The position numbers were made by a program, and so were the translations under genes. From the NCBI GenBank assembly GCA_973895155.1, contig OZ316898.1, forward strand, positions 2,145,927-2,209,926: a stretch of 64,000 bases of DNA. Reading direction: 5' to 3'. Below are positions 13,601-26,944 of this stretch, piece after piece. Below the pieces are notes generated by a model. The model had not been told where the DNA came from, ran no database searches, and saw only the letters and a list, made by a program, of their open reading frames with translations. This DNA is from Marsupella aquatica. Lineage: Eukaryota > Plantae > Marchantiophyta. Within the stretch, counting starts at the first letter, position 1. The number at the start of each line of letters is the position of its first letter.

Positions 13601-14849
13601 GCATCTTCTCCTTCACACAAGGTGACATTTGCCACACTCTCCAAAGAGAAAAAGGAAAAAATTCCAATGCTACTGAAGATTGCATACTTACATTATTGTC
13701 ATGGATTTTATTTTATTTTCACTGTTTTACAATATATGGATAATCAAAGACAGACAAGGGGAAACCATGGGTCAGACTCCGTCTTACAGTATGAGATACA
13801 TGTCAGCATGCGGTAATTCTCATCAACACTGTCCACCACCTGACCTCTAGGAAGTTTCAGCAACAGCGAGAGGAAACCCTAAACCCGAAACATTCCACGC
13901 AATCAGCACAACACACGGAAGCCCAGTTCATCAGAGTAACCATAGACATTTTGGCCCTCTGCATTGCATTCTCTTTGTGCCCCATTGGTCTTCCATGTGA
14001 CAGTCCATGGAATACATTGGGCACATTGTATGCTTTCTTTTTAATAATATAATATAGTAGCAAGAAGCAGGTCTGTCTAGAGAGATACACTTGATGAATT
14101 CAGAACTAAGGGCAAGATAGAGTCTCATTATGAGCCTGTAATACACATCTGCTCGCCTTTGCTGCAAGCTGAGCACACAGCCATCTTACCTAAGTGTTAA
14201 GAGGATGAATGAATCTCACTTTTGGGTGGGGTTAATATCAAAAGACTTGTAGCCAGGAGATTTCTATCCAGCAACAAGCCCGGCCCTATCCTGCTTTAGA
14301 TGCTACCACCCAGACTGGGGCCAACTGATGGTAACTCCAACTCGTGCAAGGGATTTATTCTAAACTGAATCTGGCACAGCTAGGCAAGGGGCAACCCTTT
14401 TGGGCTAATTACTGAGATTAGTATTATCAGAGACATTGATACCCTCTTGGGCTAATTTACTTAGATTAATATTATGAGAGACATTAATGCCACGATCTTG
14501 CCTCTCTTGCTTAATCTTGATGTACCTCCAAAATGAAAAGTGTTATTTCATTACTTTCATGAGTGATCTATATCTTCTATAGGCATTGAATCAATGTACC
14601 TAACTTTTCATGGGGTACATCATATAACACTTTTCAGTTTAGGTGTCTATCAAGTATTTCTCTCAGCCACTGAAAAGTTATCAGAGCTGACAAAGGAAAA
14701 ACATTCATAGATTAGAATTGTGGTACTATAATTTAATATATACAATAAATACAGTGACAAAATATGAATTACTCACGTTGGTGGCATTTTGTACTTCAAA
14801 GCTGAAAAAAGAGAAAACATTGGTGGCCAACCCACAGACAACTCAACTC

Positions 14850-16000
14850 CTTCGAATCCGTAATCTGGCCGGCGCCGACGGGTTCGTCAATAGTACCGTT
14901 GCCTCCGCACCTTCAGGGTATCTGATCGATGGTTCACTCCTGCACCACAATGCCTTTTCTATGGAAAGAAAGCTATGGAAAGTATGGAGGAAAAGCAAAG
15001 CTCGGTCGCTGTTGAAGGCGAGATCCATCTACTGTACTGAATTTTCCCAATCAACAAAACGCAATCATACGTCTGGCATTCTTCTTTCGCAACAGCGGGT
15101 AGCTCCAGCTGTTGCACAATATGAAGAATCAGCACCAAACATGTGAAAACAGCATTGACTTCAGTCTGGAATGAATGAACCCAGAATCATCGACTCGTGC
15201 AGTTCACTCGTCTCATTCGGATTGTATTTCTCACCTTTGTCTACTGCACTTTTCTCCTCGGCAAGAGTATGACTGGATGACCGTCGACATTCCGATTTCA
15301 TTGGATCGTCATTGCGTTCTCAACAATAATGTTGTCAGTGCTGTGTGCGATGGAAACATCCTCTTTAACGAGATCAAATGACGGTACTGTACATAACTTT
15401 TCTCATCCTGGGCGAGGACAATGCCTCATTGATAACACACAGCAACGTGCTCGCGATGTTCGTCCACCATTGACAGCATCCTCTTTGATGAAATCCGCTC
15501 AGGATTTCGTCCGCCAAGAGTATTCCTAATATATTTTTCCTTGACTAATTCATGACCATTGGATCTCCTTATAACCATCAAATTTTTGGCTAATGAGTGT
15601 GGCTAGGTGTGAAATTTGCTACGAGCATTCCCACCCATTGCATTATTGGTATGAAGGTGAGTAGTGAGGGCGTTGGCGAGGGGGTCATTTGCGGAGGGCA
15701 GCACTCGGACATGATCTCCACCTTACGTGCTCCATCACAAGCAAAGGTAGTCAAAGCAGCAGAGAACAGTCCGGTGATGATATAATGGCAGTCCAGTTGT
15801 TTTTAGATCTGCGCATCGTGACGCTTTGAATAGGATGGTGAGGCAGCAAGCGGACGGCATACTCCAAGTCTGGCGAGCTCGGGAAAAAATCAGGCGGACC
15901 GATTTTAAAATCAGCGCGAGAATGATCAAAACAGCAGCGTTTGTTGTGAGTTTCTTCCAACATTCTTTCCTCCCACATCCCATGCCTCCATTTTCTTCTC
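14850..16000 (-). pseudogene. Possible heavily decayed F-box-associated-domain-like gene
   Basis: Minus-strand fragments such as EYSWRT and VPSFDLVKE resemble F-box-associated motifs. Many stops; recognition is weak. Confidence 0.25.
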
Positions 16001-18077
16001 TTGGGAAAGGAAGAATTAAATTTATCAATAGACCCAAGAATAGAAAGAGACGGCTCACGACACCGCTGCAACAGTGGCCACATGACTATAACTAGAGGAA
16101 AAGAAGGCCCCCTAAATGCCATGGTATAGTAGTATCTCTTCCTTTCAACAAGGCCATGAGGACAAAATTACCTCAGTTCCCTTATAGTTTAAAATTTACT
16201 CAATCAATTTCCATTCTCAGACACAATATACAAAGGAAAGATTAACTTCCAAGACAAAGGAAAGGTTGTTAAAACACACCTGCCCCTATAAAGGGCTACG
16301 GGTAACCTGTAGCTCTCATTGTAAAGACCACAAGTTCAGAAATGGATTTTGAGCTCCACAAAAGGTGTTGATTGTAGAATTTTCTTTTGGCAAGCACTCC
16401 ACAAAAGATACCAGTGTTCCACCTTTTATGGTGAGTAGTGAGACATGGAATGAGGCTTTTATAGTGGCAAGTGTGGTTTAACCACATCACTGATCTGTCA
16501 CTCTCATCAGTTGTTGTCTTTGTTAACCCCAACAGTTATCAGTCTGAGCTCCATCAGACAGGTGTTGCTTTTGGTTACTCCATCAGTTATTAGTCACTCT
16601 TATCAGTTGTTGTTGGCAGACTTGTTGAATTGAAAAACTCTATCAGGTACTCCCATCAGAGCACCTTCCTCTCACCCTCATTGAATCTGCTTTTCAATTG
16701 GGGGTCGCTCCGAGTTGGCAATTTACACTTGGCTGACCTTGCCAAGTCACTTTTTCACTCTACAGCCTTGCCCAGTTTAAATTTTTCAACTTGGCTAGCC
16801 TTGTTAAGTCCCTTTTTCACTCAAAAAGTGAAATTTTTCAAAGATAAAACTCTCTCCATCCAAAGATGACACATCCACAGTCATATCGGATAACCAACAC
16901 TAAAAACCCTAACCACCCTACAAGAATGCCAGGTGCTAACATGAAACATCTGCAGGCCCTTGGCACAAATCATTATGAACCAGTCTCAATTTGCTACAAA
17001 CAGCTTCATTGGCTTATATTGGGTCGGATCACTAGTGATTAGAGCAGGTTTTTCAACACTTGGATGTGGTAACTAGTGATCAGAGCAGGTTTTAACACTT
17101 GGATGTGGTAAATCTTTGACTCTATGCTTCTTCAAATCTTTCAAATGGCAAAACGGAAACAGAAAAAGTGGTCCACTTTCATGACAAGGAGTGGATTTCT
17201 CAAGATGAATGTTTATTACAGTATGGGTGCTTCTTGAAATCTTTCAGATGGCAACAAGGAAAAGAAAATGTGTCAGACTGAGTAGCCTACTTCTATTGAG
17301 TGGATTTCTGAAGAGAAGTGTTTACTGCCTTATGGACGGGAATTTTTACTCTTAGTACAGTCAGGATGCCCTTGATACACCATCTCTTTACTTCCACTTC
17401 AACACTTCAGGGTTCATGCTTTCACCCTTCAGACCAGATACCCACTGTCACTAGTCAGGTCGTGAACACCTTGTGTATGTCAGCCCTATCCCACAGTCAT
17501 AGTCTTCTTATTCTGGAACATTATAATGATTTTTATAATTTTGGCACCCAGAACCAAGTTGGACCTGCCAATATGTTACATGAGGCCAAATGCCCTGGAC
17601 AAAGGTATTCTCTGTCGAAATTGGTATGAGCGAAACACGGAAAAAGAAATAGACTCACCAAACTTATAGAAATTGGTATGAGCGAAATTGTATTTTCTTT
17701 AAATTGAGGGAAAAAGTAGATTGAAAAAACTTACTGGTTGGGAAACCTTCGCCCCACGAACTATGGAACAAAGTAAAAATAGTGTTTCCCTATCGAGAAA
17801 TGGTCACATGACACCATACCCTATCCCTCCCTATTCAGGACCGGGGCACCAATGGAAGACAACCACGTGGGACGCACCCTTTGTACTTTGCTGTTCCCCA
17901 TACAGATATGGCGAACAAACAGTGTCAAATGTCAGACACTTTTGAAAAGGAGCCGTTCAGTGTGAACGGACTTCTCTTCCTTTCCCCATTTTGCCATTTT
18001 GGGGCCCATGGAACGAATTTTGAACTTAGAGCAGCTCTAGCAGAAAGAAACGTTTCAGTCGTCAATAGAGTAATGTA

Positions 18078-19190
18078 CAGTTGTCTCTCTCTAAAGAAAT
18101 AAAAAGCACTGTCAAACGAGTATAGTACCGTAGTATCTCTATAAGTGCACACTCCAGGACAATCCACTAATCCAGCGTGCACTAAATGTGGCTGTGCAAT
18201 TTGTACTAGTGATGAGTGCGAGCCCGTTAAAATTAAGTGCGCATTTATTGATGGGAGTGTGTGGTTTATGTGTCTTTGTTAAATGTCCAATTATCTTACA
18301 CGTGAATGGCCGGTCTCGTGACTACCACCCTTAAATTGATTGTGCATCCCTATCCCGTAATTCCGTAAGTGATATATTATACAAAAAAACAAACCTTGCA
18401 CTCATCAGTGAAAAAACAGTGCTCTTATTGATAAGTATTTACGTACACTTATTGCGTTCAGTCCAAAAACAGTGCGCTTATTGATAAGTATTCATGTACA
18501 CTTATTACGTGTTTGCACTTGTAAAGTTTTCATTCTATAGAAAATTTTCAGGCAAATTTGTATTTTAATAAGCAATGATTTGCTTGATAAGACCCCAAAA
18601 TGAATTATGCTACTTAGTAAAATCCATAAAATTTGAGTATGTTAATTTAAGGATAATCAACGGTCTGGATCATGGGGGTCCTATCAAATAACATTCATTT
18701 TGGGTCCTCATCAAGCAAATCTCTCCTTTAATAAGGGAGAGATATGTCTAATACACCCCTACCTAAAAACTCTAAGTGATTTGCCCTTAATGAGTGGTAC
18801 TCATAGTTCTTCTAAAACAAGAAACTACACAGGATTTTGTCCCTACCTACCATGTCACTTTGCAGTCTTGCCGAACGTTTGCCATGTAATGGCGCACACA
18901 ATGAGGAGCGCACTTGAGCAGTTTTTTTTAGTTTTTTTTGTTTTGGTAAGAAAATGCATGAGTTTTGGGTAAAGACATTATGGATTGTGTATTCAAATCG
19001 TTTCATAGTTTAGTGTTTGACAAGTCAGGAGGCAATGCATTGTGTAATGTGTGTGACACTGGTGGTTTAGGGTTTCTTGTAAACAGAACTAAAAACTTTG
19101 CAAACTCTATAAATGAAGGGGAAATGGGATACCTTGCTATTACTTAGTCAGTTTTGCACTCATGAGTGTGCACTTAGAGAGAGACAACTG
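18078..19190. mobile_element. Non-autonomous Tc1/mariner (pogo-like) MITE
   Basis: Perfect 17-bp TIR CAGTTGTCTCTCTCTAA (18078-18094) and its reverse complement (19174-19190), flanked by TA on both sides (18076-77, 19191-92). No coding capacity; internal direct repeat at ~18413-18510. Confidence 0.75.
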
Positions 19191-19912
19191 TAGTTTTCTG
19201 CCTTAAAGTAGGAGGTTCAGAACTACTCTAAAATATCTTGAGTGCCAAATTAATTTTTTTTAATGATATTTTACTTGCTGTACTAACCTGGATGGCACTA
19301 AAGTTTTTCAGTAGGATTGGCGATGGCTCATCTACTCCAATGGCGCCCATGCTACATACAGTGTTCACAGCAAAGTAGTCTGACTTACTTATTCATTTTT
19401 GGGTGACTCCAACAACTGTGGACCTTGCACGACATAGGATCTCCAACCTGTATTGATAGTATGTGGGGTGGTTATAAAAATAGATAAATTGTTGTAATGT
19501 GCTGTAACAGGGCCTTTCACGAGGGGTCTCCATCTGTGGTTCTGCTTCATTTTCTCAATGTTGCAACTGGCATGGGTTGAGCGCTTGAGCCCCTCTTGGT
19601 TTCCATCTATTCACAGATGTGCCTTTTTCAAATAGACTTGTTTTTTAATCATGTCTTAGGGGGCAGTCAAGGAGGGCTAGTCAAATATACTGCTTGACCG
19701 AACAATATAGATGAGAGCCACTTGGGTTGGGTCTGATGGTCAGCTGAAACCGCCAGGGTGACATGTGACTAGAGGGTCTAAAGTTCAACTCCTGAACAGA
19801 AAATTTAAAATGCTCAATTTAAACTCTGGTGTGGCAAAGGGTTCTACTCCGATCCTCTACAGTGGGTTTTAATATATGATTCGTGGAATAGTTTAAAGAA
19901 TAAATCTGGACA

Positions 19913-20125
19913 AACACAAATTGTAAAAGGGTTTTTTATCTAAAGCCTGTGGTCTAGAGCGAAACTTCTAAACAGTGACTCTGAACACAAATTGTAAAAG
20001 GCTTTTCTATCTAAAGGCTATGGTCTAGAGTGAAACCTCTAAGCAGTGACTCTGAACACAAATTGTAAAAGGTTTTTCTATCCAAAGTCTATGGTCTAGA
20101 GTGAAACATCTAAACTCTGACTCTG
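19913..20125. repeat. 71-bp tandem repeat, 3 copies
   Basis: aacacaaattgtaaaagg.tttt.tatc.aa..ct.tggtctagag.gaaac.tctaa...tgactctg starting at ~19913, 19984 and 20055. Confidence 0.9.
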
Positions 20126-21764
20126 GGGGCACAAATATTCTTGGGGCGGCACTGGAAACTTGGAAAGGGGTTTGGGTATGACCTTACTCGCAATCTCTAT
20201 ACGAGCAAAGTTGGGACCCAAGCTAGTGAGGACTAACCTATTACTATGGTAAACGTGAATACCTACGTGCCTGCATGTGTCCCCGTCACACAAATTTTGT
20301 TATTAGTAGAGTAATGCAAATGGGAGAATATGCCGTAAATGATCTCATATCCATATCAAATGGATGGTCAAAGTTGAAGCACACTACCAATAAAGGTGTT
20401 AGTGCCCTTTTTTGGGTGGTGTTTGCTGACTCCCCAAACTTGTAGTTCCTCATAGGATTGCATCGAACCAAACAAGGATAAATTCTCCCAACGCCAGAAT
20501 GGTAGGGCCGCACCTTGGGAAAACCCTCTCAAAACCCTTTCAGAATAATAGAAGTATTCTAAGCCTCCTAAAGCCACATCATCATTCTCTGCACCTGCTG
20601 TGATTTGATTAGGTGAGATCATCAATTCAAATTTCATGCGCTTCTTCTTTTCTGGCACTGAAAATGTTCATCTCCATAGATGTATGGCATTCTGCTGGTC
20701 AAGGGCTGTATTGAGATGTTTACGTATCTATCCTACTAAGAAATTGCCAACAGAACCCAGAGTTGGGGTTTAGGTTTCTAGAATGAAGCCTCTTGACACT
20801 AGCCCTTAGGGTCCACAAAATTTACGTCCATAGAAAAAAAGGATGGGACATTATGTATCAAAAAAGATGATCATGCATGACCATTTTAGTCATCATTTCT
20901 ATTAACATTAAAAGAATGGCATTCCGGCTACTAGTTTATTCCCTAGGCCCATTGTCTAGAGTGAAGCCTCTAGAGTGACTCCAAGAACATAATTGCAGAC
21001 AGAAAACAAAACATATGGAGGAGTAGACTCTAAGTTTAAAGGCATAACTGAAAGTGAGAGTGCAGACAGAATACAGAGATGGGGGCAAAACATGAACAGG
21101 AATAGTAAGGGATATTTTCTTTGCAAGGTAAGTTTTTGCCCGTCGTCTCTATTTCCATTCAAGGAATGAGTAATTACGCTTCTACTTACATTGCAGGTCA
21201 AGTGTTTCATAAACCTGAGTCAATTCTCCATTAGGATCAGTCTGTAGTTGATGTTAAAAAATTATTTGTCAATGAAAAAATTATTTGTCAATGCGTCAAA
21301 TTGGCTAACCAATGTTGGATCCAAACTTCTGCCCACAAGTCTAGTACTATCAATTCATGGTCAAATTCTATCTTTCATGGCCTCCTCAGTAGAGTGAAGC
21401 CATAGGCCATAAGTTCTTTAATTGGTAAAAGAATATTTTGATATTTTGACCATGTTTGTTTGTAGAGATGTCACATGGAGTATGGGTACAAGTATGTCTG
21501 CCTGCCTGCCTGTGCACAAGCATACATATTCAGGCTAGTACAATAATTGTGTGTGATGGTTGAAAGTCATTAGGATAACTAAATATGAATTAGGATATCT
21601 GTCCCAATGGCATAGGCAACGACAAAATTAAGCAAGGACATTTAGGAGGATGAGGTAAGTCATGACCAAAGTCAATTTCAATTGTGCCCTGTCTTTGGTG
21701 TTTATCTAGGGAGGTACAGAGGAAATTCACGTACTAAAAAAAACTCTACAATGTCCTGTGTGTG

Positions 21765-22083
21765 ATTCACGGCGATCGCCAGTATTGATGCACATTAATG
21801 CATCGATGTGGCTGGTTTACAGTAAGGCCATGGCGTTTACAGGCCAGCAGCAAAGCGTCACCGTCGCAGTGAATTTTCGGGCAGCGTGACCTTTGCGATC
21901 GGTGGCTTTGGCAAGCATGTCCCTCTCAGCAGCACCGGGCTGTCCCTAATTGGAATTCCCTGCCACCGGACCCGGGCCCACTATCACCCCACCGGCCAGG
22001 CCATCGCCTGTCCGGTCGCGAGCTTGGACCCCTCCCCAATGCACTTTGTATACACTTCCAGAATTCAGATTTCTCGTGTGCTA
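21765..22083 (+). repeat. Left terminal inverted repeat of the MULE
   Basis: attcacggcgatcgccagtattgatgcac...atttctcgtgtgcta is the reverse complement of 31337-31655. Confidence 0.95.
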
Positions 22084-22314
22084 TGCGTATTTTTATGTAC
22101 ATACAAATTCAAATGTAAATACCTTTTTGAGCGGGATTGGCGAAGCGAAACATGTGTTGTGCAGAAATTCACTGGAGGGAATGTTCATTCGATGTGCTCA
22201 TTCCCTGGCACACCGTGTGAAACAGGAATGGAATGTTTTCATTTACATTTTGTGAATCATGTTTGATGTGTGTCGCATGCTGTAAATTGGGGCATTTCAT
22301 GTAATCTGGGTGTG

Positions 22315-25300
22315 ATGTCTGCGACCTGCGTTTCTAAACAAGCAGACTTGGAATCCCCATGCAATGCTTGGAATCCAGTGCACACTCAGCCGTTGCCCAT
22401 GTCTGACGCTTATTTGCAACAGAGCATTGCCACGTTCAAGGATGGATTCACATTTCCACATGTGCATACCCTGGATGAAGCCGTACCTGAAGTACCTGAA
22501 TTGTTGTCGACTGCAACGAAAGCAGATGTAGCACATGCATTGGATGGCATTCAAGAGCATGTGCTTCATCTCACTTTTGACGATGATAGGCCACAGAAAA
22601 CTCCATCGATACGCAGAAGCCATAATGACTATTCTAGATGTGACAAAATTCAGATACCTCCTCCCGGAGAATTCAAATACACTGCTTTGGAGTGGTTTGG
22701 ATCAAAACGGGATTATGCATGGATTCCAGAGGGTAGGCTGCAGGATTTCATATGGGGAGAGAATATGCGTGACAATTTCCATACTGAGTTTACCACTCGA
22801 CACGTGGTACAAAACCGAATCCATAAAACCGGCCCTTTGGTAAAAACCACAACCTTGTATTGCTGTTGCTTTGGTCCGGAAGATTACAGAGGGTGGAAAT
22901 CCGCCAAAGTGCCTGAGAATCTGAAATTTAAAGATGGCGTGTTTTTGAAGAGAAAAACAATAACAGGTGATTTCAGCTGAGCACTTGACTTATCATATTT
23001 CACTGAATTCGCCCTAGCCCGTGTCCTAATTTGCATGATTTTGTATACTTTAATGTGTGGATTACTGAAAATTGCCTCTCTGAATTTAATTTCTCTGAAC
23101 CCTGTCTTCCCTGTAGGCATGTTTGTACATCGCGGTTGCCGATGTTCGTTTACTTCAACAAAATATGAGGACCGGCCAGGTACTCTATTGATGAGATGGA
23201 TCCGCAAAGATCATTTGGATAGGCAGAACCTGCTTTGTCATGGCCTCCATGATTCAACTGCCTTTGAAGCAAATGCACACATTGCCCCTAGAATTTCCCT
23301 GAAGCTACGCACCAAAATCGAGCGATACCTGAGGGCAGGGTTGACCGCAAGAGCAATTGTTGATGCCCACTTTGAAGAGATTCTCACCAGATGGCGTAAA
23401 GACCGATGAGGATGCCGACGTCATCATGTCCAGGGACATGCAACTTACTCCGCGAGATGTGCAGACTGTGAGGGATTCTATGCGCAGCGACAACCGGACT
23501 ATTGTTCTGACGAAGCTCAAGCTACAAAATTGTGGGTCCTTCAAGATGGGGACCAAGTCATTTTGTATGAGCCGCAGATCAAATCTTAAAACCAACCTTT
23601 CATTCTGTTTTGGTCGTCACCTTGGCAGCAAAAGAAGCTAGCACTTCTTGGTCATGATGGACCGGTAGCATTTGATGCAACATTCAGGACCAATCACTTT
23701 GGAGTAAGCAATCCATTCGATATAACTTTTTTCTCATTCAATGTATTCACTTCCTACAGTATGTTTGGTCACTATTCCAGACTTTATGTACAAAATGTTC
23801 ATATGCATTTACCACAATACTTGTAACACTTGTTTTGGTGTTCATTGGCAGTTCCATTTCTACACAGTTGTTGTGTATGACAAATTTCAGAACGCCATTC
23901 CCGTAGCATTTGCTCTCCTACAAGTCTACAAAGCCCTACAAGTCACCCAAGTCTTGACAACTTTGAACGACTGCGTCAATGCCAGGAGAACATAATTGAA
24001 TTTGCAAGTCCCGTGGACACCTAACTGCTGGATTATTGACGTAACGGATGAGGAACAAGCTGCAATCAGGTAATACTATACATGTGATCATTGTTTCTCG
24101 CTCTCAGTATTTCACATGACATGCATGCCAATTTAAATCTGAATGCAAATGTGTTTTGTGTACAGGCAGGTTTTCCCTCAAGTGCCTATAACATTTTGCA
24201 CATGGCATGTTAGAAGAGCCTGGACAAAAAATATTATCTCCAAGGTTTTCTACCCCTTTGCCAAAGCCCACATCAATGCGGAATTGGGAGCTCTCATGTA
24301 TTCTGATGGAACTGGTGAGTGTATGTCTGCTTTTAATTTGTTGGCTTTCTGGTTCTAAGCCGCTTTGTTAGTCTTTTACCATTGCCACATGGTTGCCTGT
24401 ATAGCCCATGGTCTGATAAGGACTGAGGTCCACGTTCTTGTGCATGTATGGACTTGACAGTAGTGCTTGGCAGACATGACTCAAGAGTCCCAAGCCTTTA
24501 TAGATCGATGGGTACTTACCCAACCGGTATTCATCGCATATTACAAGCGCGAGTGGCATAACAAGGTTTGGAATTGGGCAGTAAAGGTCAGAGGGTACAA
24601 ACATGCAAACCAGAATACAAACGGGGGCATCGAACGCTGGCACCACACCTTGAAGATGGAGTTGAAGGCGGGTAGGTACAGTATTACAGGACGGTCTATT
24701 CCTTGGTTACTCGGTCGATTGAGAGTTCTTGAGAATCATTATTGGTGTATTGCTGCCGACAAATTTCAGGGACGAATCAGAAACAAGACTATTGAAGGGC
24801 ATGTGCATAAGTCCCTAAATAGAGCCAAATCAATCCCCAACGAGTATGTGGAAACATTTGAGTGTGGCCTGTCCAAATGTGCATGTGTTCGAAGCACTTC
24901 CTCAAACAATCCAAGCACCAAGGAGCACCTGGTCACTGATTGGGACAAAGATACTTGTGAATGTACTTGCGGCTATTCACTTCAAGGGAACGCATGCAAA
25001 CATCAGGTAATGAAAACATACTCTGTGGGTTAAAACAACTTATAGCATCAACTCGAACCCGCTGCCCATGGGAATTTCCAACGCCCTAGTCCATTCTCAA
25101 GCGCAACTTTGTAATGTTGTGCAGATAAAAGTTCTTTTGCTTATGACGAAGATGACCAAGTTAGAAGTTCTTCATCAACTGGGAACGAAAATGGGATCCT
25201 TTTCGGGTGGGCTTGACCAGCATTTCAAACGGATGGCCGGGGAATCCCCACAATTGCCTTCTGAGGTAGGCAATATCAATCTGACGTATCCAGACGAGGA

Positions 25301-26144
25301 CATGTGGGAAGAACCAATGGACGACACAGCCCACATGACAGCAGCTTTGCCTTCTCCACCCGTGAGCGAGTATGAAGCAATTGTTGTGACATGTTACAAT
25401 CGAATTGCATATCACCCAACACTTGCCAGGCAAGGTTTGATTGAGCTTAAGCACTGGATGGAGTCGCTCTTAACTAGAGAGGCACAACAAAATGTTGGCA
25501 GGCTGGACATGCAATCGGGACATGAGGGACTCACTCCTGCTGAAGGGAGCGATAGAAGTACCGTCGCCAAACGCGGGTGGGTTGACAAATTGATGGGTGT
25601 GAAGGGTAGACGCAAGCGGAAGGTGAAGGTCGGCGTTGACAGCAACAAAGAAAATGTGCAACCGTATCCTGAGGGCGACCCACGGAATTTGGTGAGTGGG
25701 CCGAATGCTCCCGAGAAGCTAAAGGTGAAAAGAAAGGATAAGGCAGTTTCATTCCAAGCCAAATTTGAGAAGGAATCGGTAGACGCCCTTGCGGAAATGT
25801 GCATTGCCATCACTGACCACAATGGCAGTAGCGCTAGTGGCAAATGTATGATGCCATTGGCATCCAAGGGAACTCGAAGGGGAAAAAACCGAGTGGCTCC
25901 CCCATTTCCACTAAGCAATGTCATTAACTGCGCATCTGAATCAGGCGCTGTGAAAGCACCTCTGAGCCAAGCAACTGTGGACCTCATTGGAAATATCCAA
26001 ATTGGCTCCAGCCAGATGTGGGCTATGTCGCCCAACTTCCCAGACATTTTACGGGCCTTCTCCAACGGATCGACAATAGACGCGAATGCAAGCAGGACTT
26101 TACATGTAGAAGAACACGTAGTCTCCATTGTGGATGAAGGATGA
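22315..26144 (+). pseudogene. MULE transposase with SWIM zinc finger (multi-exon, disabled)
   Basis: Motifs YCCCFGPEDY, RGCRCSF, LCHG..APRIS, AFDATFRTN (D1), YDKFQNAIPVAF, WIIDVTDEE (D2), CTWHVRRAW, TNGGIERWH (E) and SWIM CTCGYSLQGNACKH. GT-AG introns include 22967-23116. Frameshifts near 23375 and 23495; in-frame stops near 23587 and 23993. Confidence 0.9.
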
Positions 26145-26944
26145 ATACTTTACGGCTCTGAACATGAACACTGCCTTTTATAATTATTTGCATATATACA
26201 AGCAGTTGCCTCGCCTTGTTTACTCATGCATACAGCCACTCGCTTCTCATCCATGCTGCCTATATAGCCCAGCCTCATGCATCTTAACAGTCCACAGTGA
26301 AATGACTCCACAAATTTCAGCAAATAAGGGTACTATGTAGGTGATCTGCAAATGGTTCATGTCTCATTCACACATAAGTCGTGGCCCACATATATTCCAC
26401 GGATAAAATTCATGTGCCATCCTCATACACATAAATTGTACACGATAGTGAAGACACAATCTTTATCCACAATATTTATTTCAGACTTCCATCCATCCGA
26501 AGGCACCCAAAAAACAAGTTATATAAAGTGCACCATTGTCACTAAGCACAATAGAAGAATTGCCTAGTGTCACCATTCCCCTATCAAAAATGTTAAGAAA
26601 TAGTAGACCCGTAAGAGTTATCGTGGTCCTTATAAAAACTGCATGAAATAATGCCAAAAAAAGTGGACCCCACTAACTCCGCAACCACACGCTACTCTGG
26701 AGTGCCTTCTCCATATGCCACTTTGGAGTGCTAGTTCCCTTCACTGATTACATCCTACGTACATACTACCCTACTCACTATTATCATCATCGGAGCTAGA
26801 TGGAGCATCACTGAGAGACTGGCTGGAGGTCTCGGTGGTAGACGCGGTGGGGCTATTAAAACTTGCCAACACTTTCTGCAGTTGTGCGTTTGAGAAGCAA
26901 CTGAAGTTATACGTTCCATGAGGTCCACAAGTGTTGTGGACCTC

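Noticed and set aside
19913-20125. Tandem arrays here and at 35940 and 45487 as CRISPR-like arrays
   Set aside because: Units repeat in full with no unique spacers, in a eukaryotic context without cas genes; these are minisatellites.
21886-22266. ORFs 21886-22266 (+) and 31145-31543 (-) with near-identical N-termini, resembling duplicated genes
   Set aside because: They are translations of the two TIRs, and the similarity ends exactly at the TIR boundary.
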